DNA of 64,000 nucleotides from an uncultured Rhizobium sp. (GTDB lineage Bacteria; Pseudomonadota; Alphaproteobacteria; Rickettsiales; UBA1997): NCBI GenBank assembly GCA_964506725.1, contig CAZDLU010000001.1, positions 45,955 to 109,954 of the forward strand, read 5' to 3'. Shown piece by piece: positions 52,691 to 61,999 of this stretch (position 1 is its first letter; each line of letters starts with the position of its first letter). The notes under the pieces were generated by a model. It saw only the letters and a program-made list of their open reading frames with translations, ran no database searches and was not told where the DNA came from. The position numbers and the translations under genes were made by a program.

Positions 52691-55180
52691 GTGCTAGAAA
52701 AAATCCTCAAAAAATTACAGCATAAGCAAGAGCAGGGCGTTCCTACGGCCAAAAAGCCTGACGAGGATTTTATTCCTTATGTTTGCCATTTTGATCCAAA
52801 TACAATTTTAACTAAAAACGGTGAATTGTTGCAAATAATTCGCGTTACCGGTTTCGGCAATGGCGGCATTGCGTCAGATTTAACTTCACTACGCGACACG
52901 GTGCGTGATGCAATTGTGGATCATGTTAAAACTACCAAATTTGCTTTTTGGTTTAGTACTATCAGGCGCAAAAAAAATATAACTCCTAAAGAGCGTGATT
53001 TTCCTGATCTTTTTTCGCAAAAGCTTGATCAAGTCTGGGTTGAAGATAATAAATGGGATGATCAATATGTTAATGAATTTTACATCACTATAATTATTGA
53101 AGGTCTCGATACGTCAATTGTTAATTTCAATGGTTTTATGCGTTCATTCTCGCATATGGCGACTCGATCTTTACATAAAAATTTCTTACAAAATGCTCAT
53201 ACAGAATTGTTGCAAGTCGTTAACGGAATATTGAAAGAATTAGAAGATTACGGCGGAAAATTGCTTGGGCTAAAAGAATGGGATGGTATTTTATATTCCG
53301 AGCCGATGCGCTTTTTTGCTAAGCTCATTAACCTTTATGAAGAGCGTTATCCGCTATCAGCAAATGATATTTCCAATGATTTAGCCAGTCACAAAGTCGC
53401 TTTCGGTAATCGTGAATTGGAAGTGGTTGGCTATAATAATAAAAATTTCGCGGCATTACTTTCGATTAAGGAATATTTTGAAGTTTCGCTGGAATCGCTG
53501 GATCGTATTTTACAATTGCCGACGGAATTTATCGTTACGCAATCTTTCGATTTTGCTTACAATAAAAAACAGCTTGAGCCATTTGAATATCAAGACCGAA
53601 TTTTGCAAGTTAGTGGTGATGATTCTTTTCGCGAATTAAGCGGAATTGCCAATTTTATGGAAAGCAAACATGATTTGCCAACCGACTATGGCCAGATGCA
53701 AACCACGGTGATGCTGATTAGCAAGACTATACAAGATTTGGAAAATGATGTAAAAAAATTATTCGAACAATTCAGCGCTCTTGGTATATTGGCTGTACGC
53801 GAGGATATTTTTTTAGAACATTGTTTTTGGGCGCAATTGCCGGCCAATTTCCGCTATTTACGTCGGCAAAAAATTCTTAACACTTATCGCGTTGCCGGTT
53901 TTGCGGCGTTGCATAGTTTTCCGGCCGGTTCATTTGCCGGAAATCACTGGGGTTCGGCATTAACAGTCTTTCGCACGGTTTTAGATACACCATATTTTTT
54001 CAATTTTCATAAGGGAGATTCAGGAAATACGCTTATTATCGGTGATGGTAAAAATCGTAATATTTTGCTTAATTTCTTAGTGGCGCAAGCTCGACGTTTT
54101 AAAACTAAATTATTTTATTTTGATAGTGATAAGTCGGCAAAATGCCTGATAAAAGTGCTTGGCGGTAAGTATTACGATATTTTAGAGCATGATGAAAATA
54201 ATCCGGAATTCTTAAAATTAAATCCGCTTTCATTGCCAAAAACCAATGAAAATAAAGATTTTCTTGCGGAATTTTTCTTTAGCTTAATTGCTTTTCTGCG
54301 TGAGCCGATTTCTGATGATGAAATTAATATGATTCCGCAAATTATTGAGCGAATTTATGTTTCAAATGCGACGGATTTAACATCGGCAGTGCAAGCTTTC
54401 AATACTCCGGAAACCAGAACTATTTACGAAAGATTGAAAATTTGGAGTGAAGGAAAATTAAATTATATTTTTAATTCCAAAGATGAAATTAATTGGGCGG
54501 AATCAATTATCGGCTTCGATTGTTCTGATGTGATAAAACAAAAACCGATTTTAATTCCGATTGTAAATTATTTACTTTATCGCATTGAAGCCGCACTTGA
54601 CGGCAGCCCTACAATCATCGTGCTTAACGAGGCATGGGACATGTTAGACAATATTGTGGTTGATCCGAAATTGCGTGATGTTTTAGATCGTATAAAAAGC
54701 AAAAATGCTATAATTATTTTTACGGCCAAAAATTCTAAAGAAATTGCTGAAAGTGAATTTACCAAAGAAATCAGAAAAGATATTGCCACCGAAATTTTCA
54801 TGCCTAATAAAAATGCTGATGAATCTTACAAGAAAGGTTTCGGTTTGAATGATGAAGAAGTAGAAATTCTGAAAGTTATGGAAGGTGATGAAAATCACTT
54901 TTTATTCAAACATGATAGCGATTCAGTGATTGCGATGTTGAATTTCCATAATCGCGAAGAATACTTAAAAATTTTATGCGCTGATGAAGTTGTGCTAACG
55001 GCAATGGAAGAAATTATTGCAGCCAGTAATGGCGATGATATAAAAATCTGGCTGCCGCAATTGCTTGAAACTCTGAAAGAACTTGAAAATGACAGGTTAG
55101 AACAAGAGCGCCAGAGGCTGCGTGAGGAAGCTGCAGAGAGAAGAAAAGAAGCCAAAGCAAGGCAGGACGGGGATTATTGA
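52691..55180 (+). CDS. virB4: VirB4-like protein, divergent second copy with degenerate NTPase motifs
   Basis: 829 aa, GTG start 2 nt after the gltA stop. Shares blocks with copy I (..FIPYVCHFDPNTILTKNGELLQIIRVTGF.., ..TPYFFNFH.., ..LNFL.AQA..FK..LF.FD.D...). It has GDGKNRN (54041-54061) in place of GPTGAGKT, and IIVLNEAW (54611-54637) in place of MIVLDEAW. Confidence 0.8.
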   Translation: MLEKILKKLQHKQEQGVPTAKKPDEDFIPYVCHFDPNTILTKNGELLQIIRVTGFGNGGIASDLTSLRDTVRDAIVDHVKTTKFAFWFSTIRRKKNITPKERDFPDLFSQKLDQVWVEDNKWDDQYVNEFYITIIIEGLDTSIVNFNGFMRSFSHMATRSLHKNFLQNAHTELLQVVNGILKELEDYGGKLLGLKEWDGILYSEPMRFFAKLINLYEERYPLSANDISNDLASHKVAFGNRELEVVGYNNKNFAALLSIKEYFEVSLESLDRILQLPTEFIVTQSFDFAYNKKQLEPFEYQDRILQVSGDDSFRELSGIANFMESKHDLPTDYGQMQTTVMLISKTIQDLENDVKKLFEQFSALGILAVREDIFLEHCFWAQLPANFRYLRRQKILNTYRVAGFAALHSFPAGSFAGNHWGSALTVFRTVLDTPYFFNFHKGDSGNTLIIGDGKNRNILLNFLVAQARRFKTKLFYFDSDKSAKCLIKVLGGKYYDILEHDENNPEFLKLNPLSLPKTNENKDFLAEFFFSLIAFLREPISDDEINMIPQIIERIYVSNATDLTSAVQAFNTPETRTIYERLKIWSEGKLNYIFNSKDEINWAESIIGFDCSDVIKQKPILIPIVNYLLYRIEAALDGSPTIIVLNEAWDMLDNIVVDPKLRDVLDRIKSKNAIIIFTAKNSKEIAESEFTKEIRKDIATEIFMPNKNADESYKKGFGLNDEEVEILKVMEGDENHFLFKHDSDSVIAMLNFHNREEYLKILCADEVVLTAMEEIIAASNGDDIKIWLPQLLETLKELENDRLEQERQRLREEAAERRKEAKARQDGDY

Positions 55181-55181
55181 T

Positions 55182-57032
55182 TTAAAGTGACACTGGAATG
55201 CCTCCTCTTGCTGGTTCTTGTGTGACTGCAGGCGCAGTAGCGGCTAAAGGATTTATGATAGTCCCCGGAGTTAAAGGAGTAAACCTAACAGCTCCTTGTT
55301 GCCTGCGTTGGCATTTTTCAATAGTTTTCACTGCGGCAATTCCTGTTCCAATTGCTGCAATATATTCTATAAAAGGTAGCGCGGAAAACGTTGCTGAAGA
55401 GCTTGGTGCTGTGGTTGGCGTAGTATAATTCGTAAAAAGGCTATTTATATTTTTTTCAACAAAAGTTTGATTGGAAATTGGTATAACTATTTTCTGACTA
55501 TCTTCTAGTGTTAGAATTGTAGTTTCTGCGCCGGAATCCATATATTCTTCTTTTTCTGCAATTGCTTTGGCAACTTCTGCGGCAGCTACAAAGCCAAGTG
55601 GTAAAACTGCTGCCGAGCACTCGGTAATGTTGTACTTGGAAAAATCTTCACCAGCAATATTTACGGAAGTGCTATTATCCGCCGTCGCCGCTTCAAAATT
55701 CGCTAATTTTAGGGTAAAATTTTCTCCACTTCTTGGAATGAAATTAACTTTTGCTCCCGCTTGTAAAATAATAGTTGCGGCTAAAGCGCTTTTACCTTCA
55801 GGGGGCGATATATCAACTTTACCTGAAGCTAAATAGGTTAGAGGAGTTTCTTCAGGTGTCATATCGCTATATGTCGGGTGCGTAGTGGTAATATGATCCA
55901 TATCGGGTTCTATTCTAATTGTGGCACCATTTTTTAAAGTTGTGCTTTCATGATATAGTTGAGGATCAATAAAAGTACCGGTTGGATATCCTTGTTGTAC
56001 CACTCCTATTTTATTGCCATTATCAATGGAAAATTGTTGAAAAAGATTAGAGCCGTCTTTTTGGTACGATATATAGCAATCGTTATTCTCCGGATTAAAT
56101 AAAAAACTCGGATTAGCAGAAAAATCACTATTATCAAATTCAAATAGTTTATTAAAAAGGACTTGGCCGAAGGAATTGACTTTTAAGAAAAACAGACCAA
56201 TTTGGTTTGCTATGGTTAATATAAATTCTCCATTTGGCAATTTATATTGTAAGGTAAGAGATGTTGCAAGACCTTTATCGGCTACGTTTTCTATAGTTTT
56301 AATTTCTGTTATAACTCCTCTGCTATCAAGAGTTGCTAGGCACGCAATTTTTTCATCTCCATTATTAATGTTATTTTTTATCCCATAAATCATAGCTCGT
56401 CCCCTAACATCTTCTAAAGGAATAAAATTCCTTTCCTGAGTAATAAATATTTCATCAGGTTTAAGTATTCCGTCACGTATAAAACCACCGTGAATGTTAA
56501 TTGATTTAGTCAATTCTCCGGTTTGCTTAGTAAAAGATTTTCCTAAAGTAAACCCGAAAGAGCCCATCGGGTTCGTAAAATTATAATTTTCCAAAATGGC
56601 AACCGGATTTGACATGTCTGATAGTAAACCAATTTGTAATTTGTTATCATCGGTTCTACTAAGCCAAAAATTATCCATTAAAAGCCACATATTCGGATTG
56701 TCGGTAAATGGAACGGCGTTGCCTTCCAGCATTATTCCATCAATAAAAACTGTGCCATCGCTTTCTGTTATAACTTGAGGTCCGGTTCTTAACAATCCTC
56801 TAAGTCCACTTGCAATTTTATTTCCTAATTTAGTTGCTAAATTAATTACACCATGATTCCAGCTTTGCGCCGGTCTTTCAGCACTACTTCTAATTCTTGC
56901 AATTTCTTTCTGATCTTCTTCTCTTTGCTTGTCAAATTCTGACTTATATTTTAAATTTGATGTATCTAGACTACCGCTTGGAGGAGTAATATCGGGAATA
57001 AAAATTCCGCTATCAATTTTTGATCCTTTCAT
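55182..57032 (-). CDS. hypothetical protein (616 aa), no recognisable family
   Basis: Long uninterrupted ORF convergent with virB4-II; the two stops are 1 nt apart. Charged N-terminal segment, a long beta-rich-looking middle, and a hydrophobic segment near the C-terminus (LPFIEYIAAIGTGIAAV). Confidence 0.5.
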   Translation of the reverse strand: MKGSKIDSGIFIPDITPPSGSLDTSNLKYKSEFDKQREEDQKEIARIRSSAERPAQSWNHGVINLATKLGNKIASGLRGLLRTGPQVITESDGTVFIDGIMLEGNAVPFTDNPNMWLLMDNFWLSRTDDNKLQIGLLSDMSNPVAILENYNFTNPMGSFGFTLGKSFTKQTGELTKSINIHGGFIRDGILKPDEIFITQERNFIPLEDVRGRAMIYGIKNNINNGDEKIACLATLDSRGVITEIKTIENVADKGLATSLTLQYKLPNGEFILTIANQIGLFFLKVNSFGQVLFNKLFEFDNSDFSANPSFLFNPENNDCYISYQKDGSNLFQQFSIDNGNKIGVVQQGYPTGTFIDPQLYHESTTLKNGATIRIEPDMDHITTTHPTYSDMTPEETPLTYLASGKVDISPPEGKSALAATIILQAGAKVNFIPRSGENFTLKLANFEAATADNSTSVNIAGEDFSKYNITECSAAVLPLGFVAAAEVAKAIAEKEEYMDSGAETTILTLEDSQKIVIPISNQTFVEKNINSLFTNYTTPTTAPSSSATFSALPFIEYIAAIGTGIAAVKTIEKCQRRQQGAVRFTPLTPGTIINPLAATAPAVTQEPARGGIPVSL

Positions 57033-57141
57033 AGAAAACTAAAAAATATAATTGAAATAAGAAAGTTATGGCTAACTTGACTTGCTATTTTTGTCAATTC
57101 CTTTAAATTCCCCGACCTCGAATTAATAAATAAATTGAAAA

Positions 57142-58482
57142 ATGGAAACGCAAATCAAAAAAACTTACGATAAAAAGCTTAAAAAAGACTTTCAAATTAC
57201 CGTTCCTTACAAGGCAATTGAAGTAAAAATTGACGATTATATTGCAAAAATTCGTGGGAATTTTTCTTTAAAAGGATTTCGCAAAGGTCAAGTGCCTGTT
57301 GATGTTATCAAGGAAAAATATGGCAAATCGATAATGGCTGAAGAAGCCGATAAAATTATTTCGGAAACAATTCAAAAAATTGTGAAAGACAATAATTTGA
57401 AATTGGCAATGCCGCCAAAAGTTGATATTAAAAATTTTGAATATGGTAAGGATGTAGAATTTACAGCAGTTCTTGAGCTTTATCCTGAAGTGCCGGAAAT
57501 TGATTTGAATAAAATTAAAGTTACTAAGAGAGAGGCTGAAATTACTGGTTCTGACGTTGATGAGGCATTGAGTAAAATGCTTAAATTTTACCGCAAATGG
57601 AATGCGGCACCAGCCGGAACTAAAGCTAAAATCGGTGATTCAGTTAACATTGATTATGTTGGTAAAATTGACAAAAAAGAATTTGAAGGTGGTTCGGCGA
57701 AAGCCTATCAATTAGAGCTTGGAAGCAAAAGCTTTATCGATGATTTTGAAGAGCAATTAGTTGGTAAAAAAGCCGGCGATGAAGTAAAAGTTAAAGTGAA
57801 ATTTCCAAAAGAATATCATAATGCTGATTATGCCGGAAAAGCCGCAGAATTCGAAGTTAAAATCAACGAAGTTTTAACCGCGGAAGCGCCGGAAATTAAT
57901 GATGAATTCATTAAAAATAATTTCGGTTTGGAAAATAAAGATAAATTGCAAGAAGCTGTGAAAGCCCAAATCACGGGCAGTTATGACAATATGACGCGCA
58001 ATTTATTCAAAAAAGAATTTTTTGATTTCATTAATAAAAAATATGATTTTGAATTGCCGGTTGGTTTAGTTGATGAGCAACTTAAAAATGTTTGGGCAGA
58101 AGTTGAAGAAGAATTGAAAGTAAATCCAAACAAATTTAAAAGCGAAAAGGAAAAAGAAAAAGCTAAAGAAAAGAAGCGCGAAACCGCAGAACGCATGGTT
58201 CGCTGTGGTATTGTTCTTTCCGAGTTGGCTAAGAAAAATAAAATCGAAGTTACTAACGATGATTTGAATAAAGAATTGCAAAAAATCTTTGCCCGCTTTG
58301 CCGGACAAGAAAAAGCAGTAATGGAATTCTACCAAAAAAATCCAAACGCCGTTGAGCAATTACGCGGCTCGGTGATTGAAGAAAAAACTATGGATTTTGT
58401 TTTAGGACAAAATTCAATTGAGAAAAAATCGGTTTCGCTTAAGGATTTTGATAAGATCTGGAAAAAGGCGAACGAGGAATAG
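57142..58482 (+). CDS. tig: trigger factor
   Basis: 446 aa. N-terminal ribosome-binding ..GFRKGQVP.. motif, a central FKBP-type PPIase segment (..DYVGKIDKKEFEGGSA..), and a helical C-terminal domain. Confidence 0.9.
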   Translation: METQIKKTYDKKLKKDFQITVPYKAIEVKIDDYIAKIRGNFSLKGFRKGQVPVDVIKEKYGKSIMAEEADKIISETIQKIVKDNNLKLAMPPKVDIKNFEYGKDVEFTAVLELYPEVPEIDLNKIKVTKREAEITGSDVDEALSKMLKFYRKWNAAPAGTKAKIGDSVNIDYVGKIDKKEFEGGSAKAYQLELGSKSFIDDFEEQLVGKKAGDEVKVKVKFPKEYHNADYAGKAAEFEVKINEVLTAEAPEINDEFIKNNFGLENKDKLQEAVKAQITGSYDNMTRNLFKKEFFDFINKKYDFELPVGLVDEQLKNVWAEVEEELKVNPNKFKSEKEKEKAKEKKRETAERMVRCGIVLSELAKKNKIEVTNDDLNKELQKIFARFAGQEKAVMEFYQKNPNAVEQLRGSVIEEKTMDFVLGQNSIEKKSVSLKDFDKIWKKANEE

Positions 58483-58488
58483 TAATTA

Positions 58489-58588
58489 AGTGCTCGGGTG
58501 CTTGGTGCTCGGGTGCTCAGGCCCAATGTTAAAACTTCTTGCTATCAACATTGGGCCTGAGCACCTGAGCACTTAGCACTCGAGCACC
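58489..58588. repeat. palindromic element, family B-like (copy B3)
   Basis: aagtgctcgggtgcttggtgctcgggtgctcaggcccaatgtt .. aacattgggcctgagcacctgagcacttagcactcgagcacc. Lies between tig and psd. Confidence 0.9.
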
Positions 58589-58600
58589 AATAAAAAACAT

Positions 58601-59272
58601 ATGACAAACTTAATGGAAGCTCTAAAAATGATCCTCTTTCCAATTCACAAAGAGGGTTACAAATTCATTTTAATTTTTGCGCTAATTACGATTATCTTGG
58701 CTTTGATGAGCAATTTTCTTGGTCTCGTCGGTCTTGTTTTAACTTTGTGGTGCATCTTTTTCTTCCGCGATCCTGAGCGCGTTATTCCGGTTGAAGAAAA
58801 TATTATTATCAGTCCGGCTGATGGTGTTGTAACCCGCGTAGAATATGGGGTCAAAGCGCCTGGTGATTTGGGATATGGTGAGCAAAAATTCAATAAAATC
58901 AGTGTATTTTTAAATGTGTTTAATGTTCACGTAAATCGTGTGCCGGTTGCTGGTACCATTACCCAAGTAAAATATAAAGCCGGAAAATTTTTAAGCGCTA
59001 ATGATGATGATGCTTCCGAAGAAAATGAACGTAGCGCTGCAGTTATAAAAACTGCTGGCGGCGATGAAATTGTGTGTGTTCAAGTCGCAGGACTAGTGGC
59101 GCGCCGCATTATTTCTTACCTAAAAGAAGGGCAAAAAGTAGAAATGGGTGAACGCTACGGAATCATCAGATTCGGCAGCCGCGCTGATATTTATTTACCG
59201 GAAAAAATTAAAATTAAAGTTTTAGTCGGCCAAACTATGATTGGCGGCGAGACTGTTATTGCGAAAATTTAA
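58601..59272 (+). CDS. psd: phosphatidylserine decarboxylase proenzyme (short alphaproteobacterial type)
   Basis: 223 aa. ..PIHKEGYKFI.., ..FFRDPER..P......SPADG.., ..NVHVNR.P..G.., self-cleavage region ..FGSRADIYLP.. Confidence 0.85.
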   Translation: MTNLMEALKMILFPIHKEGYKFILIFALITIILALMSNFLGLVGLVLTLWCIFFFRDPERVIPVEENIIISPADGVVTRVEYGVKAPGDLGYGEQKFNKISVFLNVFNVHVNRVPVAGTITQVKYKAGKFLSANDDDASEENERSAAVIKTAGGDEIVCVQVAGLVARRIISYLKEGQKVEMGERYGIIRFGSRADIYLPEKIKIKVLVGQTMIGGETVIAKI

Positions 59273-59274
59273 TT

Positions 59275-59378
59275 AAGTGCTCGGGTGCTGAAGTGCTCGG
59301 GTGCTCGGGCCCTGTGTTGATAGTAAGAAGATTCAACATGGGGCCTGATCACCCGAGCACCCCGAGCATCCGAGCACC
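59275..59378. repeat. palindromic element, family B-like (copy B4)
   Basis: aagtgctcgggtgctgaagtgctcgggtgctcgggccctgtgtt .. aacatggggcctgatcacccgagcaccccgagcatccgagcacc. The loop is the reverse complement of the B3 loop. Lies between psd and pccB. Confidence 0.9.
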
Positions 59379-59390
59379 AATCACTTATTT

Positions 59391-60923
59391 ATGCGTTCAA
59401 ACATAGCAAAACTAGCATCAAAACGTGAAGAAGCCCGCATGGGCGGTGGCCAAAAGAAGATTGATTTGCAACATTCTAAAGGCAAATTAACGGCGCGCGA
59501 ACGGATTGAAGTTCTACTCGATCCCGATTCATTTGAAGAATACGGTCTTTATGTTGAACATCGCTGTACCGATTTCGATATGGAAGATAAAAAACATCCG
59601 GGAGATGGCGTAATTACAGGGCAAGGTACGATTAACGGGCGTTTAGTTTTTGTGTATAGCCAAGATTTTACGGTGATGGGCGGCTCTTTAGGGGAAGCGC
59701 ATGCGCGCAAAATTTGCCAAGTCTTAGATCGCGCAATGCAAGTTGGCGCGCCAGTGGTTGGAATCAATGATTCCGGAGGTGCGCGTATTCAAGAAGGCGT
59801 TGATTCGTTATCTGGTTACGGCGAAATTTTTCAAAGAAATATTGATGCAAGTGGTGTTGTTCCGCAAATTTCTTTAATCATGGGGCCATGCGCCGGTGGC
59901 GCAGTTTATTCCCCGGCTTTAACGGATTTTACAATCATGGTGGAGAATTCTTCATACATGTTTGTAACCGGTCCGGATGTAGTAAAAACGGTAACTCACG
60001 AAACTGTTACGCAAGAAGAATTGGGTGGTGCTTCGGTTCACGGTGCTAAAAGCGGTGTGGCGCATTTAACTTTTAAGAGTGACATTGAAGCCTTGTTACA
60101 AGCGCGTCGCTTGATAAACTTTCTGCCGCTTTCAAATCAAAAATTAGTTCCGCAAATTCCAACAAATGATGCGGCGGATCGTGTTGACGTTTCATTAAAT
60201 ACGCTGATTCCGGAAAATCCGAATCAACCTTATGACATGCTGGAATTGGTAGAAAAAATTTTGGATGAGGGTGATTTTTTTGAGATTCAACCAAATTACG
60301 CTAAAAATATTATTATCGGTTTTGGTAGATTGGAAGGCGAAACTGTTGGTATTATTGCCAACCAACCTATGAATATGGCAGGTTGCCTTGATATTAAAGC
60401 CAGCGAAAAGGGTGCAAGGTTTATCAGGTTCTGCGATGCTTTTAATATTCCAATTTTAACTTTTGTTGACGTTCCGGGATTCTTACCGGGTACCGATCAA
60501 GAGCATAGCGGCATCATCAAACATGGTGCGAAACTATTATACGCTTACGGCGAAGCCACTGTTCCAAAAATTACAGTGATTGCCAGAAAAGCATACGGCG
60601 GCGCTTACATTGTAATGAATTCAAAACATTTGCGCGGCGATGTAAACTATGCTTGGGCTAATGCTGAAATCGCGGTAATGGGCCCGGAAGGTGCTGTTGA
60701 GATTATTTTCCGCGAAGATGCTAAAAATCCGGAAAGCAAAGCCAAACGTGTTGCTGAATATCGTGAAAAATTTGCTTCACCATTTGTGGCAGCTTCGCGT
60801 GGCTTTATTGACGAAGTAATACGTCCGCAAAATACCAGAAAAAGAATCTGTGCGTCTTTGCAAATTTTGAAAAACAAAAAAGTGCAAAAACCGTGGAAGA
60901 AACACGATAATTTACCGTTGTAA
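59391..60923 (+). CDS. pccB: propionyl-CoA carboxylase beta chain / acyl-CoA carboxyltransferase
   Basis: 510 aa. ..[16 protein letters not shown].., ..GSLGE.HA.KI.., ..[12 protein letters not shown].. typical of the carboxyltransferase 12S family. Confidence 0.9.
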   Translation: MRSNIAKLASKREEARMGGGQKKIDLQHSKGKLTARERIEVLLDPDSFEEYGLYVEHRCTDFDMEDKKHPGDGVITGQGTINGRLVFVYSQDFTVMGGSLGEAHARKICQVLDRAMQVGAPVVGINDSGGARIQEGVDSLSGYGEIFQRNIDASGVVPQISLIMGPCAGGAVYSPALTDFTIMVENSSYMFVTGPDVVKTVTHETVTQEELGGASVHGAKSGVAHLTFKSDIEALLQARRLINFLPLSNQKLVPQIPTNDAADRVDVSLNTLIPENPNQPYDMLELVEKILDEGDFFEIQPNYAKNIIIGFGRLEGETVGIIANQPMNMAGCLDIKASEKGARFIRFCDAFNIPILTFVDVPGFLPGTDQEHSGIIKHGAKLLYAYGEATVPKITVIARKAYGGAYIVMNSKHLRGDVNYAWANAEIAVMGPEGAVEIIFREDAKNPESKAKRVAEYREKFASPFVAASRGFIDEVIRPQNTRKRICASLQILKNKKVQKPWKKHDNLPL

Positions 60924-60939
60924 AATTATATACTAAAGT

Positions 60940-61057
60940 AACCCCAATAACGCTTAAGCCACATCAATCCGATTCAGACAAATCCTTGGTTTGTTAGAGA
61001 GATTTTTCTTAAGCGTTATTGGGGTTAAAGTAAGAATCTATCAATAGATTCTTACTT
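60940..61057. repeat. palindromic element family D plus an adjacent 13-bp-stem hairpin
   Basis: aaccccaataacgcttaag (60940) .. cttaagcgttattggggtt (to 61026), then aagtaagaatcta tcaa tagattcttactt (61028-61057). Confidence 0.8.
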
Positions 61058-61068
61058 TGGTATGGATT

Positions 61069-61112
61069 AAAAAAAAGGTCCGAATTATTTTAAAATAATT
61101 CGGACCTTTTTT
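61069..61112. terminator. bidirectional intrinsic terminator between pccB (+) and the YfiR-HPt gene (-)
   Basis: aaaaaaaaGGTCCGAATTATTTtAAAATAATTCGGACCtttttt. A perfect 14-bp stem flanked by an A run and a T run, so it reads as a terminator on both strands. Confidence 0.75.
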
Positions 61113-61134
61113 GTAATTTGTCTTATTTTATCTT

Positions 61135-61983
61135 CTACTTATCACTTAATTCTTCATTAATAAATTCGATTACCACACTTAATTCATCCTTGATTTTTTT
61201 AATCAATTCTAATTTGTTATCATTATTATCTTCGGGATGTTTTTGAGCATATTCTAAAATTTTTGATAAATCAAAAGCACCGATTGAAGCAGAAGCGCCT
61301 TTGAAAGCGTGCGCTGCCATATACCAAGAATTATTATCATTAGTTCTAATAGCTTCTTCCATTTTAAGGACATTGCGATGAGCATTCTCAACAAAGATTG
61401 CAAATAATTCTTTTTCAAACTCAATATCATTTTCGATAATGCTGCGCAAAAATTCCATATCAATGGCTTTTTTCTTTGTATTATCTTTCATAAATATCCA
61501 ATTAATTACCAATTCTGTGGCTAAAGGACTGAGTTTTATTCCTGATTTTTTCATCAATTCTGAATTTACAACTAATTCAAAATTTCTTCTACCCATTTGT
61601 ATTTGAACCATCCCGCCGGAATCAGCAAAACTGCTAAATGCACCTATGGTTAGAATTTTATTGCGATTAAACTTAACTGATTCCAATTTTAAGTTTTTTT
61701 CCTTATCTGCTGCAATGTAAATTGCTTTGCACAAAGTATATTTTTCCGGATGTTTGCTAAGATTAACGGCTTTAGAATTTTGTGCAACTATATTGGCAGA
61801 AATTTCGTCATTGCCAAGGACGCAGGTCAAGCCTTTGTTTGGAATATAGCTGGTATTAATAAGGGTTTGGATAAAGCCGGTATACGCTGTTACCTCATCA
61901 AAATCCATAGCCAATGAATCAAAAATAATAAAAATAAGAAAAAGAAATGTTGTTGCCACATTTCTTTTGCATTTATTAAACAT
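61135..61983 (-). CDS. YfiR-like (DUF4154) domain fused to a C-terminal HPt phosphotransfer domain
   Basis: 282 aa. Hydrophobic N-terminus. aa ~27-165 (..ILTIGAFSSFADSGGMVQIQMGRRNFELVVNSELMKKSGIKLSPLATELV) resemble the YfiR/DUF4154 C-terminal pattern. aa ~175-282 carry the HPt signature HAFKGASASIGA (His codon 61309-61311). Confidence 0.6.
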   Translation of the reverse strand: MFNKCKRNVATTFLFLIFIIFDSLAMDFDEVTAYTGFIQTLINTSYIPNKGLTCVLGNDEISANIVAQNSKAVNLSKHPEKYTLCKAIYIAADKEKNLKLESVKFNRNKILTIGAFSSFADSGGMVQIQMGRRNFELVVNSELMKKSGIKLSPLATELVINWIFMKDNTKKKAIDMEFLRSIIENDIEFEKELFAIFVENAHRNVLKMEEAIRTNDNNSWYMAAHAFKGASASIGAFDLSKILEYAQKHPEDNNDNKLELIKKIKDELSVVIEFINEELSDK

Positions 61984-61999
61984 CTTAATTTGTGGTTAG

